In this document: piece by piece, positions 43,490 through 57,607 of the stretch | Layout of the letters: the number at the start of each line of letters is the position of its first letter | Position numbering within the stretch: position 1 is the first letter of the stretch | Assembly: GCF_006345805.1 (NCBI RefSeq) | Contig: NC_043001.1 | Span: forward strand, 95,108,001 to 95,172,000 | Direction: 5' to 3' | Source of the DNA: Octopus sinensis | Taxonomy: Eukaryota | Length of the DNA stretch: 64,000 nucleotides | Translations under genes and position numbers: made by a program | Notes under the pieces: model-generated | Seen by the model: only the letters and a program-made list of their open reading frames with translations | Told to the model about the DNA's origin: nothing | Database searches by the model: none

Positions 43490-43901
43490 CATATATGTAC
43501 CTATCTACATCTATATGTATATATACATGCATATATGGGTACACGACATACATGCTCAAGTATGTGTCTGTGCATGTTGTGGTTGTGTATCTATTATAAT
43601 ATATTGATGATGGTGTACTCATACGAATGCCAAATATAATTAAAGATTATAGAACAGATATCACGCATATGTAATAAAGTAGTAATAATTATTACCAATT
43701 TATTTAATTTCGAATATACAATATCTAATTAGTTTTTTCTGTATTTTATTGAATTTAATCTTTGTATTTAACTAACGTGGACTCAATACACTTGTGATTA
43801 CGAATGTAGAATAACCGTACATTCCAAATGCATGTTTCGCTCTGTTAGCACACATATATATCCCTACCTACCTATAAATATATATATATATATAACTATC
43901 T

Positions 43902-43982
<81 letters not shown>

Positions 43983-45188
43983 TATATAGTGCTCCAAACA
44001 AGAAAACAAAAAAAAACACAACAACGCGAGGACGTGGAACAAATATAATATTACTGGACGCTCAGGAAAGAAGGAAAGAAGAGGAGGGCTTAACGTTCCG
44101 AGCGGAGCTCTTCGTCGGAAACATAGGAGAGAAGAAAAATCCAGAGAAGGGAAGACAGAGGAAAAAAATATACAGTAAATTTTATATTTCATGGTAACTC
44201 AAATCCTAAACCGATATGTATCCTTCATTCTAATTGAAATTCGGCATAAGGAAATATTGTAATTAAACTAATTAGATATTTCCCCATATCAACAAATGAG
44301 ACATGTTTTAATTTTTATGCATCCTCTACTAAACTCTGTAAGTCACGATTCAATACTAAGATAATGAATTTAATTTATAATTTCTAATATTTTGTGATAT
44401 TGTTTTCAAATCTTGGTTCACGCTGTTATTATTTTTCAGTTTACAATTGAACTTGAAGAACTTATATTAATGTGTCACATTAGAAAAGTTGTACTGCATG
44501 ATTCCGTATTCTGACATCCTGTTAACGATTATGATGACAATGATGATAGTTTCTCTAGTTGGTTTAGTAACAATCGTGATTTTATTATATTTAGAATGTA
44601 ATGCTCTCACTGCTTTTCTTGTTTTGCGTTCTTGATACAGGATGCTGTTTTAAATATCATTATGCTTATTATAATCATCATCATTACTATTACTATTATA
44701 CTATGATACAATTGAGGAAATATGTTACAGATATCACCATACTTCATCTTACACAAAGTGCTCGTGTACTCCATTAATCAAGGTCTCCTCAGAATTTTGA
44801 TTTGGGAGATAAGTGGGTGTACTTTTTAGACATTGCAACGATGAAGCAGAAATAGCTGTCACAGCTTTCATAAATGTAATGCTATTTTCATATCTGGTGT
44901 AGTGTTATTTCCTCTTTTGAAGTTAAGACGACAATCTCATCATGATGACTATCACGATGACAATCATGAAAATATCAATGATAATAATGACAACAGTTGT
45001 GAGGATTATTATCAACATTGGCGATTTACATACTAATTGCGGCAAGACATATTGTTGCCCCACGTAAGAAGCGGAATTCCTGAGAGGTATGAGGATATGT
45101 ACACAACGGATGACAACGTTATGTTACCATTGTTAGTTCATATATCCAAATATATATAGAGAGACAGACAGACAGGTACACATACATA

Positions 45189-45200
<12 letters not shown>
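41270..45200 (+). repeat. Tandem duplication, unit ~1.96 kb
   Basis: gtgtgattgggtaagattac at 41401 and 43352; agttcatatatcc at 43168 and 45135. The copies are nearly identical, with differences mostly 1-2 bp indels. Confidence 0.95.
42020..42220 (-). mobile_element. Short TA-embedded element with decayed hammerhead-like motif (second copy ~43988-44190)
   Basis: Minus strand gttt-CCGACGA-a-gag[ctccg]ctc-GGAAC-GTT-aagc (42118-42154; 44086-44122) followed by ttcctgagcg; U4C and A13G relative to the hammerhead core. Confidence 0.45.
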
Positions 45201-45275
<75 letters not shown>

Positions 45276-47575
45276 AGTGTAATATATGTATATAGATACA
45301 GACAGACAGGTATACATATATACATAAACATATATATTATTATATATACATGTGTGGGTATGTGTGTGTGTGTGTGTGTGCAAAACATATGTGAATGGGT
45401 GTGTCTGTGTAAATATGGATGTATATTTGTATATGAGTAGCTGGGATAAATGTACTGACAAAATAAAATTTTAGTGATTCATAAAATTGTATATGAATCT
45501 ATATTTCGTTGTTTAAATTTTAACTTATTTGCGTTCTGAAATATGGGATATTTATGGATTGATCTTTGCACACCAGCGTTGGTGTATTAAAGTCTAGTAC
45601 TTCACAAATTTCAGGAGCAATTCCAGCCCTAATAATGACATACATATCTTCATATTTCAAATATTTTATGAATCGCTAGAAAACTAGAGACACTCTGAGA
45701 TTAAAGGATACTTTCTCTTTGGCTGCCAATTTCCAATCTCTTCAATTTCTATCTCGAATTTATTTTATATTGGGTGTAATGATAATATTTCATGTTCTAA
45801 TCATCTCCATGAAGTTCATTTTTGCCATGAACCAATAAATACAGAGTTAATAGGTTTTATAATTTGAAAATATTGGGTGATTTTAGTCAATAGTCTGACA
45901 CAGACATCTTCATGTCTGATTCCACACTAACAAGCCAAGCATGAGAACTATTTTGTCTAGAAGGAAGCACGAGTTTTAAACACAATCTTCTTACCGAAGC
46001 GGTGTTGATATGTGTCAAAAATAACAGCTAAATAGGGCTTAACTCACACTCTTCATTTTCTATTAATGCTTTGGGCTAATATTTTCAATTCCGGTGTGTA
46101 GAATTCAAAAATGCTTTCTGAAAATTCCAAACAATAAAAAGGTTTGATATATGGGCGTGCGTACAGCAGGATTTCACCAGTATTTCATTTGCTTAGATTT
46201 GACAACATTTCCTGTAATGCACAAAAGAAGAACTTCAAAATCTTGTTTTCTAACTGGTTGAAAATTATCAAACTTTTAACTACTGTAACATTTCACAAAA
46301 TTTCATTGACAACGTGAAAACATTTTCAGAAATTCAGCTTGGAGGATTACATTAATACACACAATAAAAAAAATTAATAAACTTTGAAATTCACACACCT
46401 ACAGTGGAACAGTAATCATCCAAATTTACTATTTCTAGGGGAATCATACTTAAAGTTGATTAGGTATTAACTTTAACAACACAATCACTCTAATCAAGTA
46501 TCTCATTTCCTACAATCATTAGTGGCTACGTAAAATAAATTCCTCCATAATAACTATCGACTATATATTCCATGCTATTTACTTTTCATGGAGAATGTTG
46601 ACACTGATAAATCTTTTACATAAATCATATATTCTTTCCAAGCACAGTCACTCTTTTTATCAACTATATTCTTGAAATTACTTCAGAAAACGAATAGTAT
46701 GTCCCAGTAATTGCTATTCTTCGAGAGATAGACTTTATGAGAAAATCTATGTTCTCAATTCCTGAAACTTGTATTTTGCAGCCATTTCTGTGGACGGAAA
46801 TGTGTGTGCCATCACATTTTGTTTATTTTTAGAATGGGTAATATTTATTCACCTGTTCAGCTGCATGGGAGGTTTTATTATTCTACTGAAAATTGTTTAT
46901 TGCAAATACTTTTATTTTTATGCTTACATATTAACTTACACTTATTATATTTTATTTCTCAGGATATTTGGCGATACGCTTTCCTTTATTTTCTTATATT
47001 TACATTGATATGATTCACATTTTTGTTGGTATTTATGTATGGTATTGTTCGTCTTATTGATGTGTGTAATGCTTCAGCGTTTGGAAAGATCTGGAGTTAA
47101 TTAATATGCATATTCTATGAATATTTGCAAAAAGAGATTTCTTATTAAAGGCAATTAAATTCTTTGTTTGCTAAACAAAACAATTGGTGTCATTATGTCA
47201 AATACAAAAAAAAAACGTTATTTTGTTATAGCATTAAAATATATTATCACTATTCTAAACAAATATGTATACACGCAACTTCGTGCAAACTCATATACAC
47301 AAAAAGATTTTGAACGATGCTCCAATTATGACTTGTCAACATGAAATGTTTAAACATAGGTTTGGAATATTTAAACAGCATATCATACGTCTACTGGTAA
47401 ATTGCTTTCGTCAACTATTATAGCAGCGTGTTTCATCATGACATCAAAATCGACTGAAAGAGAAATAAGCCTCAGAAGAGAGAACATAATTTGTGTAGGA
47501 TGTAAAGAGAGCAATTGACATTTTACAAGCACCACACGCATACAAACACGCGCGCGCACACAAACGCACCCTAGG

Positions 47576-47611
<36 letters not shown>

Positions 47612-47683
47612 GGAATATATGTATATACAAATATATGCGTGTTTATCTGTATACATGAATGTAAGCTTCTATCTCTCCCTTTT

Positions 47684-47732
<49 letters not shown>

Positions 47733-47911
47733 TGTATATAGTATTCACTGATTTTATAATTTTGAGTAGCTATCTTTGTTCGTGATAAGATTGCCTCTTA
47801 CAGAGACGAATAGTTTGGCCCATATTATGAACAGGATATATTTAAGAAACGTTTGCAAACTTTGTGTGTTACCGAATGACTAAATATTAGTTCGACACTG
47901 CTAATATGGTA

Positions 47912-48050
47912 GTTGTCCTCTCACCATTTCTTGACAACCGATGTTGGTGTGTTTACGTCGCAATGATCTAGCGGTTCGGAACACGAAACCGATAGAATGA
48001 TTACTATGGTTACAAGGAATAAAACCTGGGGTCCATTTGTTCGACTAAAT
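47912..48050 (+). mobile_element. SINE family A 3' half, diverged
   Basis: ttgacaaccgatgttggtgtgtttacgtc...agcggttcgg...ccgatagaat...cctggggtccatttgttcgactaaa. Confidence 0.7.
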
Positions 48051-48751
48051 CGTACCCTAGTCAATTTACTGAGACAAATAAAATAAAAGAATGTATAATA
48101 TATATACATATATCAAACTGTGTATGTGTATCTATACATGTGTGTTCGTGTGTGTATATGTGTATATGTACGTATGTTTGTCTGTCAATATATATGTATA
48201 CGTACATACATAAAGAATTCTATCGAATTAAAACAGCAACTGAGAACCTAACAACCGCTAAGCATTTCGCCCGGCTCGCTAACTTTAGGTAGAGCGAACG
48301 CATCTTCACTTTTTTTAAATATTTGCAAATTATAAAAAAATGTAATCATGCAAGTGAAGATTAGCAAAAACGCAGAATCGCTTCCCTTTTCTCCAGTCAA
48401 CAGAACTATAACGCACCTACACACTAGAAAAATCAATAGAACACATGTCCGCATTGCTAATTTACCTCATTGCTACTTGCTCTTAAATCATAAGCCACAA
48501 AATGACACCAAATTATTACATCAATATTTCATTAAAATAAATGCAAAAATACGTACCAGATTTATTACTTGTCACACTAGTTCTCGAACAGTTTATACTA
48601 ATACTTTTTTTTTCCGCAAAGAATGGTTTGATTGCTTTATAACTTTTGACGATGTAAATTCGCATTGACGTATGACTGTTTATACGCTTACACATACACA
48701 CAAAGCACACTCACCGTACACACAGATATACATATACGTTTACATATATAT

Positions 48752-48922
48752 TTCTTTATTGCATACAAGGGGTTAAAAAGAGAGGGGACAAACAAGGACA
48801 GCCAAAGGGATTAAGTCGATTGCATCGAACCCAAGGGTGTAAGGCAATTTTGAACTCAGAACCTAACAACCGCTAAGCATTTCGCCCGGCTCGCTAACGT
48901 TTCTCTGCCAGCTCGCCTTAGG
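48752..48922 (-). mobile_element. SINE family B with intact tRNA-like head and internal deletion (head also duplicated at 48239-48292)
   Basis: Plus strand tttgaactcagaac...accgctaagcatttcgcccggctcgctaacgtttctctgccagctcgcc is the reverse complement of an A-box/B-box head. Confidence 0.7.
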
Positions 48923-48965
48923 TGTGTATATATACTATAATATATATATATATATATTATATATA

Positions 48966-49105
<140 letters not shown>

Positions 49106-49166
49106 ATATACATATATATATACATATATATATATATATATGTATATATATAAATATATATATATA

Positions 49167-50848
49167 AACTTAGATAAACTTAGACATGTTTCGACCAAAG
49201 ATTGGTCCAGGCCATGCCTAACTTAATAGCACCACCTGATAGGATTATTCGAATCCTGTTTAAGTAAAGTTTTGTTCAAGTAGTGAGTTCTTGTTGGGTG
49301 AGTTGTATCCAGTTTTGTTCAAGTAGTGAGTTCTTGTTGGGTGAGTTGCATCCAATTATGGGTGGTTTATCTGGTATTCTTTGAAGAAATCTATCCAGAC
49401 TCTGTTTAAAGTTGATGGGATCCTTTTCCTCTTTGATCTCCCTCGGGACAATGTTAAATAGGGCAGGGCCTGTTGAGGAAAAGAAATTATGTTGCAGTGT
49501 ACAGGTATGTTGTGATCTTGAATTGGGCAGGGGACGTATAGCCCGTGGTCCAAGTCTTGGATGAACCTTGAAGCTAATGTTTAGATCGTTTGGGCAAAGT
49601 TGGCGGTATATTTTCCACATCGTACAAATGATGTACCGCTCACGGCGACGCTGGAGGGAGTAAAGTTTCAAGGCTTTAAGGCGATCCCAATAATCGAGAG
49701 CAGCCATGCCTTCAATTTGTTTAGTGTGAGCCCTCTGGGGTGACTCAATTCTGGAGATGTTTTGTCTTGTGTGAGGAGACCACAGTGGGCAGCAGTATTC
49801 AAGGTGTGACCGTACAAAGAGGAAAAAAGTGGTATGATGACACCTTGTTCTCTGGACCGGAAAGTTCTTAAGATCCAGGAACTCATCCTACGAGCTATAT
49901 CGACCTTCTTGTTGATGTGTGCACTCCAACTGAGATCGTCATCAACAATTACACCCAGGTCTCTGATATTGTTAGAGGCTGTGAGCGGTTCCCCTGAAGG
50001 AAGAGAGTATGGTTGTTTTAGTGAGGAATTTCATCCAAAATGCATCAGCTCAAATTTTCCCTCATTCAGTTGCATTTCGTTTCTGTCTGCTCATTGACTC
50101 AGAGCATATAGATCAGACTGGAGTTGATTTCGGTCTGCTTCTTCATTGACGATTTGCTGGAGCTTAGTGTCATCAGCGAATATTTTCACTTTGCAGTAAT
50201 GTACGACACTGGAAAGGTCGTTTACGTAAATTATGAAGAGTAGCGGACCCAAAACAGTTCCCTGGGGAACAGCGCTGGTGACTTTTGCTGGGTTTGAGTG
50301 GACTCCATCAACTACAACATGTTGTGTTCTATTCGCCAGGAAATACTTAATCCAGTGTAGAACTTTTCCACGGATTCCAACATTTGCCAATTTTGAGTGT
50401 AGGATGTTATGGTCTACCCTGTCGAACGCTTTACTGAAGTCAAGATATATGACGTCAGAGTTCGAACCTGTTCCCAAGGCTTTGAGTACATCTTCACTGT
50501 GGTGTAAGAGCTGTGTTAGACAGTCCCTGCCACAGCGAAAGCCATGCTGATTTGAATTTAGGAGTTTGTGGGTCTCCAGGTAGACAGCTATCCTTGATCT
50601 TAACACTCTTTCAAACAATTTAATGATGTGGGAGGTGAGTGAGATTGGGCGATAGTTGACTGCGAGGGATCTGTTTCCCTGTTTGAAAACCGGGATGACC
50701 GACTGGGATAGAAACTGTTTCGGTATATAACCTGCGTCTAACGAATTTCTCCAGAGGTTGGTCAGAGGGACTGCAAGCTGATATCTATATTCGTTCAGGA
50801 GACTAGCGGAAATCTATCAGGGCCTACATCAGAGTAATGTTTGACCTC
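49167..50848 (-). mobile_element. 5'-truncated CR1/L2-group LINE (second family)
   Basis: QHGFRCGRDCLTQLL, YLDFSKAFDRVDH, AVPQGTVLGPLLF, FADD and YSLQRRRERY. 3' end GGTGGTGC...GCATGGCC-hairpin-GAAAC followed by (TCTAAGTTTA)2; (TA)n on both sides. Confidence 0.9.
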
Positions 50849-50876
50849 ATTTATTGCTGCTATGATGTCGATATAT

Positions 50877-50944
<68 letters not shown>

Positions 50945-51063
50945 GTATATATATATATATATATACTATATATAATATATATATACATATATATAAATGT
51001 ATATATATATATAATATAATATATATATATATATTATACAAATATATATATATATATATAAAT

Positions 51064-51097
<34 letters not shown>

Positions 51098-51161
51098 ATA
51101 TATATGTTTACATATATATATATATTTATATATATAATATAATATATATATATATATATAT

Positions 51162-51226
<65 letters not shown>

Positions 51227-52127
51227 CATATATATGTGAATTCAGTTCACTGAATTGTGTGCTAGCCTGCAATATATTTAACTCGACTCACAGTCCAGTT
51301 AAATACTTCAGTTTTAGGTCTTTGTTGGTTTACCCCGGATTTACAAAAGAAACATAACGTAAGATTGTTACGGGAAACTGAGTCGAGTAATAATAGATAA
51401 TCTCAAATCGAATATGATCATATTTTACTTCATTCGTTTGTTTTTTTATCATGTCTCAATTAAACTAATCATAGCTGCATTTCAATTTCTCTATATCCTA
51501 ACATGCATAAGCTTTTCACCTACTCTGTTACAATCTGATTAATGCTTTTACATCAGTTTAAACACACATGAGTGTCTATATATTATGTGAATGTATTTTT
51601 GTGTAGATGTATGTATATGTACATTTATGTATGCCGTCTTCTTTTGTGTGAGCATATTTATTTTTACTTCATTAGTTTTCGTAGTATATCAATGGTACCA
51701 GATATGTGGTCAAACATGCTGCAATTAACTTCCTGCATTTCTTTAACAGTCTTTTCCCCCCATTTCTTGTTTCTGAATCTTTAAAATAATTTTCGTAAAG
51801 CCCTATACAAGACGCCCCAAATTATGTTCTGTTTGTATTTTTTCACTTTCTCCTCAGTTGCTTAATCATACTCTCTCCATTCATCCTCTCTCCTTTTCGT
51901 TCCTTTCTTATTTTCCCCATTTTGTCTTCCGTTCTTACCTTCCATGTTCCGATTTTTTCCCATTTTCTGCTTATTCACTACTTTACTGACTGATTGGTTT
52001 TCAATTTATTTACTAATATATTGACTGACTGAGATTGATTCGCTTTCTTCACTTTTACTTCATCTTATCTACATCTCTCCTATCATTTCTTTATGGTCAA
52101 CTTATGTGCTGCATAAATTTCTCCACA

Positions 52128-52331
52128 CTTTTACTCGTTTACTCTTTTATTGTTTCAATCATTTGAGTGTGTTCATGCTGAAGCACCAACTTTAGTCGAG
52201 CAAATCGCCCCCAGGACTTATTCTTTGTAAGCCTAGTACTTATTCTATCGGTCTTTTGCCGGACCGCTAAGTTACGGGGACGTAAGCACACCACTATCAG
52301 TTCTCATGCGATGCTGGAAGGTACAAACACA

Positions 52332-52383
<52 letters not shown>

Positions 52384-52544
52384 AATATATACGACGGGCT
52401 TCTTTCAGTTTCCGTCTAACAAATCCTATCGCAAGGCTTTGGTCGGCCCGAGGCTATAGTAGAAGACACTTGCCCATGGTTCCACGCAGTGGGACTAAAC
52501 CCGAAATCATATGGTTGGTACGTAAGCTACTTACCACACAGCCA
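52128..52544 (-). mobile_element. SINE family A, essentially full length
   Basis: Minus strand tggctgtgtggtaagtagc...gggtttagtcccactgcgtgg...internal TA/TG tract...ggtgcttcagcatg...caaatgattgaaacaataaaagagtaaacgag. Confidence 0.88.
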
Positions 52545-52832
52545 AACTTGTTTTCGTCATTCATCGCTGCATTAAGTTCTAATTTCTATGGTCATGCTGA
52601 AAACGGTAGTAAACTCTTGTGTAGCACTGACGTTCTGAAATTCCGACAAAGAAGATTGTTATATAATAATTTAGAATCATGCGCATAACATGCCTTGAAA
52701 TTTTCAAACATGTTTTTTGGTGTTTACACCGCAATAAACACATATATAAATGTACGTTCGTAAATCCAAACACAAGCACACGCAAATGCACACGCACACA
52801 TTCACACAAACATACACATATGCATATAATGG

Positions 52833-52878
<46 letters not shown>

Positions 52879-53351
52879 TGTTATACGCATGTATATTTAC
52901 TCACGAATATATTGTTATATATATATACATGTATATCTTTGTATGTGTGCATATGTTAGTGTGTGTGTGCGCGTGTGCAAGCACGCGGGTATGCACGTAC
53001 ATACCCTTTTTTGCACGCACGCACAAATACTCATTAAAAGGCAAGCAAACTCTGAATATAATCCCCTTTATGAATATTTTAACGTAGGCATATAGTGGAT
53101 CATTTGCATTGAAATGTGACGTATTTTATTTATTTCTGAAACGAAATAAAACACGTCAAACTGTATTAACGGTGAGAATTAACAGATATTCGAATTATAA
53201 CGTGAGAGATTATGTATCATACAGCGCGGTAAGTAGTCTCACCCGTCGAAAGATAGAAGCACAATTCATTCGCATGTAAGCCACTATAAATCCGAATAAA
53301 GGGTATATACCTGTGTTCAGTTATATATGAATATATATGCATATATATATC

Positions 53352-53382
<31 letters not shown>

Positions 53383-53413
53383 TATATATATACTATATGA
53401 CTGCATGTATTTA

Positions 53414-53444
<31 letters not shown>

Positions 53445-53510
53445 AATATATATATATTATGTATATACGTATATGCATATCTCCATGTATATCTACAGTT
53501 ACACACACCC

Positions 53511-53555
<45 letters not shown>

Positions 53556-54260
53556 AACATCTGTGTATATATATGTATATATATATATATTTATTCATTT
53601 ATGTATATATAGTTATAAACATATATCGTTTATGTATGCATGTGATTTTAATAGTTGGACACTGAATGCTTGTCAGGTAATATGATAATTGAATGCCAAG
53701 AAGTGTGATATTATATTGATTTTTAACCGTTTTTAAAAGCTTAAATATGCTGGAAGAAATCTTCGTGTATATTAAACAGCGAATAAAGAATGACAAAACC
53801 AGTGCAAAATATTCAAGAGATGCTATTATACGTTTCAAAGTAAGAACATAGAACGAATTGCTATAATATCTTGTCTTAAACTGCAAATAAACATGAAAAA
53901 GAAAATGTTTTCCGCGGTTTACATGAGTGGTGGTAATTAGTTGGAGCTAAATTGTACTTTCTGATTTTTTTCTTAAAGTCAAGTAGTCGCGTGTTTTGTC
54001 AGAAAGGTGTTTTTCTTACCATTTTGTCAACCTATATAACTATGATATGAAATCAACAATTTCCCGTCTCAGGGTGGATGTACACTGAACATGATGCATC
54101 TCCTTTACAATTGACTGACTGTCTGATTATTATTCGTCGGTCAACTGTATAATATATGTGTTGCACCTTGTCACCACCACTAGTTTCGGTCTGTTATGCT
54201 ATGGCACCAGATGTGTTTGAACTGGGAAATCCCAAAGTATTTTCCTAGTCTCCGAAATAT

Positions 54261-54975
54261 GTGCGTGTTGTAGTGATCTCATATCAAGATAAACAGTGCA
54301 TGAACATGGAACTGGCGGCCAGTTGGAATATTCTTCAGGTCGAGTATCCGATCCCGATCAAAAGGCCTCTGAATATGGGTTGTTTAAGAATGATGAACAA
54401 AACCTCCATGTTTAAAAAGCGAATTATCCAAACCTCAAAGAAATTCTCTCAACACATGGCTATGATGCTTCCCCACTACTTCGGTTTGTGATCAGAAATG
54501 CACACATTGTCCGCCACTAAGGGTCATGCTCAACTGGTTAAGTTGAAGAAACTGACAAGCAAGTCACAATATAGTGGCATTGGGGTTCATATATATACGA
54601 AGACCAATACACCCATCAGGAATACACTTCACTTGAGAGTACACCATGGACGAGCATAACAACCATTTGAGGGCAAATTGTTGATTTCATATCAAGATAA
54701 AGGATGCATAATGTTGCAGATGAAACCCATGTAGAATTGTCTTCATGTCGAGTAGCGCATCCTACTCAAAAAGTCCATGAATACTATTTGTTTAGTGTTG
54801 TTGAACGAAAATCCCATCTTTACAGGTCAACTACTCAATCCTCGAAGAATTCGTCTCAATAAATGGCTATGATGCTCCCCCACTATTTGTTCTCCTGACC
54901 AGATATACACATATTGTCAGCCACTAAGGGACATGCTCAACTTGTTAAGGTCAAGCAAATGACAAATAAATCAGC
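54261..54975 (+). pseudogene. Unidentified tandem two-copy coding repeat (period 408 bp = 136 codons), disrupted
   Basis: ISYQDK at 54276 and 54684; MAMMLPHY and LSATKGHAQLVK in both copies with third-position differences; internal stops and a 1-bp deletion in copy 2. Confidence 0.55.
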
Positions 54976-55309
54976 AGAATTACTTAGAATAACTTTTTTC
55001 TAGCCTATCATTTGTAAAGAAAAAAAGCACGTACATGTTGACACTTCCAATCACTTAAGATCGGAAGCGTTGGGAACTAGTGCCTTGTAATGCATCACAT
55101 TACAATTGTTATTATTATTATCATTATTATCTCTTTTCAATTATGTTTCCTCTCCTTGTCAACTGTCTTCTCGAAACCTAGTATAGGGAAACTAACTGTC
55201 TACATTGGTAGGCCATTAAAATAAATATTCTATATTGTTCATTTACAATGTAATGTGACAGTAAAAGTGAAGTTGGTGTTGCTGCTGTTGCTGTTATTAT
55301 TATCATTAT

Positions 55310-56028
55310 TATGATTGAGATTTGTTTCGTATTTGTACAAGTTGGCTCCAAGTCTCACTCAGAGACCTCAAGAGACAATACTTTAGAAGTTCATATTGGT
55401 GTTACGCCTAAGGTGTCATATATTTTGTTTTGTACATAGTAGTGTTCTAGAGAATGCTTAAGAAAACATAAGAAAATAATGAGTTTATCTTAAAATTTGA
55501 GATTACATAGACAATATATTACGTAGGATATGGTCAGTTCCCATGAGCACTATGTTTTGAATTTCTGCCATTTTGGGGTCTCTTGGTATCTGAGCTAGGT
55601 AACAATCAGCCCCTTTTGCTATCATTCCTAGGGTATTGTTTTAGATTTGAAGTTCCACGCTTTGCCAATTTCTATTTCAGGATCTTTACACTTTCTCAGT
55701 GTTTGGTATGTATTGACAAATATATCTATATCGATTGAGACAGTAATTCCAATGAGGAGGACTGATTTTTGTCTGAAGTCTTTCAATATAACGTCTCACC
55801 TATTTGCATCTATCCTTCTGTCAGTTTGAATGTTGACGTTGCAGAGGAGTGAGATGTGATCATTTTCAAGCACTGGAGGTGGTCTGTGTTCCCACCAGTT
55901 TTTTTCATGGGGCAGATCCAGGTTTATGCATATTACCCAGTGAATATATTGTGTAGCTGTATCATGCCTGATGAGATACTCTATTGGCACAAGAAGACTG
56001 CACATGGAAACTACATTAACTACTTATT
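55310..56028 (-). mobile_element. R4/Dong-type LINE 3' fragment (RLE domain)
   Basis: EYLIRHDTATQYIHW...KNWWEHRPPPVLEND...NIQTDRRIDANR.D..., then EIQNIVLMGTDHILRNIL; ends in an (ATA)n-like tail. Confidence 0.8.
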
Positions 56029-56029
56029 A

Positions 56030-56111
56030 CGTACTGGGGTACGATTTAATCGACTGGCCCACTCCCCCAAAACGTCAGACTTTGTGCCTGTAACAGAAAT
56101 TATTATTATTA

Positions 56112-56184
<73 letters not shown>

Positions 56185-56220
56185 TATCATCATCATCATC
56201 ATCATCATTATTATTATTAC
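56030..56220 (+). mobile_element. SINE family B 3' end running into an (ATT)n array
   Basis: cgtactggggtacgatttaatcgactggcccactcccccaaaa...ttgtgcctgtaacagaaattattatt. Confidence 0.65.
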
Positions 56221-57046
56221 TAGTATTGTTATTGTGTGTGTGTCATTTGGCTGGTTGAATAGTCACATTGCTGATAAAATACTTTGCGGCATTTCTTCTG
56301 TCTTTCAAATTCCACTGCGATCGATTTCGCGTTACATATTTTCGGGATCGGAAAAAAAGAGACTGTTGAGCACTTATGTTTATGTAATCTACACAGGACT
56401 CTTTCATAATCACAGAAATTATGAAACCCATATTTAGATAAACTCGGTGAACAATAATAGCCATTTACTGTCAGAAATCACGCCGAAAATATATTTTATG
56501 AACAACGTAATCTGTGCACTGGAAAAATAGATCGATGTTCAGATTGTTTATGAATGTCTCAGGAAAGCGTTAGATTTTAAACATGTATATTGGTGTTTGG
56601 ATGTATGAGAAAAATATGTTACTGTATATATTTATCAGACCAATTCTTAGATAAAAATTTCCTTTTGTGATATACAGATTTATGCAGCCTTTGTTCCAGA
56701 AATTGTTTGCAAACTTAAAACGGAACGAGCTTTTGATATTTTATTTCAAATTGGGCATGAAATAATTCGAGGCATTTCGCAGTATTTTCATTTCATCTTG
56801 AAAATCCTTTCTGTATGCATACATAAAACTATGAACTATAAACGTTTGCATCCATAATCCGTTATACCATCACATATATCCACACGGGCAACTTCAAAAA
56901 GCATTAAAAAACATATGCTAACACAACATGATCAAATATACACATATGCATGTAGAATACGCACGCATGTACTTATACACGCATATGTGTTTCCTTATTT
57001 ATATGCGTATCTATGTACTGTAATATATTAAAATATAACACACACA

Positions 57047-57114
<68 letters not shown>

Positions 57115-57131
57115 ATATATTATATATATAT

Positions 57132-57164
<33 letters not shown>

Positions 57165-57226
57165 CTGTGTGTGTATAAATAAATATATACATATACAAAT
57201 ACAAACTTACACACACACGCACACAG

Positions 57227-57261
<35 letters not shown>

Positions 57262-57393
57262 CATATATATATGTATATATATACATACATATATATATAT
57301 CATATTATATATACATATGTAGGTAAAATTAATGAGTGCGTGCGTTACGTAAATTTCAGGATTATATAAAACGGACAATATGACATACCTGTT

Positions 57394-57483
<90 letters not shown>

Positions 57484-57607
57484 TAGATATATAAACATAT
57501 GAACATATACTAAATGCCCACAGGAACCCACAAGTTAAAAAGCAACAGGTGTCTTTCGACATATAGACAAATGAAATTGAGCTGGTGTATATCGAAGGAA
57601 CATAGAC

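Noticed and set aside
49180-49215. Hammerhead-like GACC..GGTC-GAAAC-AT-GTC on the minus strand
   Set aside because: It lacks the CUGAnGA core and is better explained as the LINE 3' recognition stem-loop shared with the other LINE and SINE A.
51281-51388. 10-bp inverted repeat actcgactca/tgagtcgagt
   Set aside because: Too short, with no target-site duplication or second copy to support a MITE.
55965-56012. CTGATGA...GGAAAC motif
   Set aside because: It lies antisense within the R4 coding remnant (YLIRHD) and has no helix I or II complementarity.
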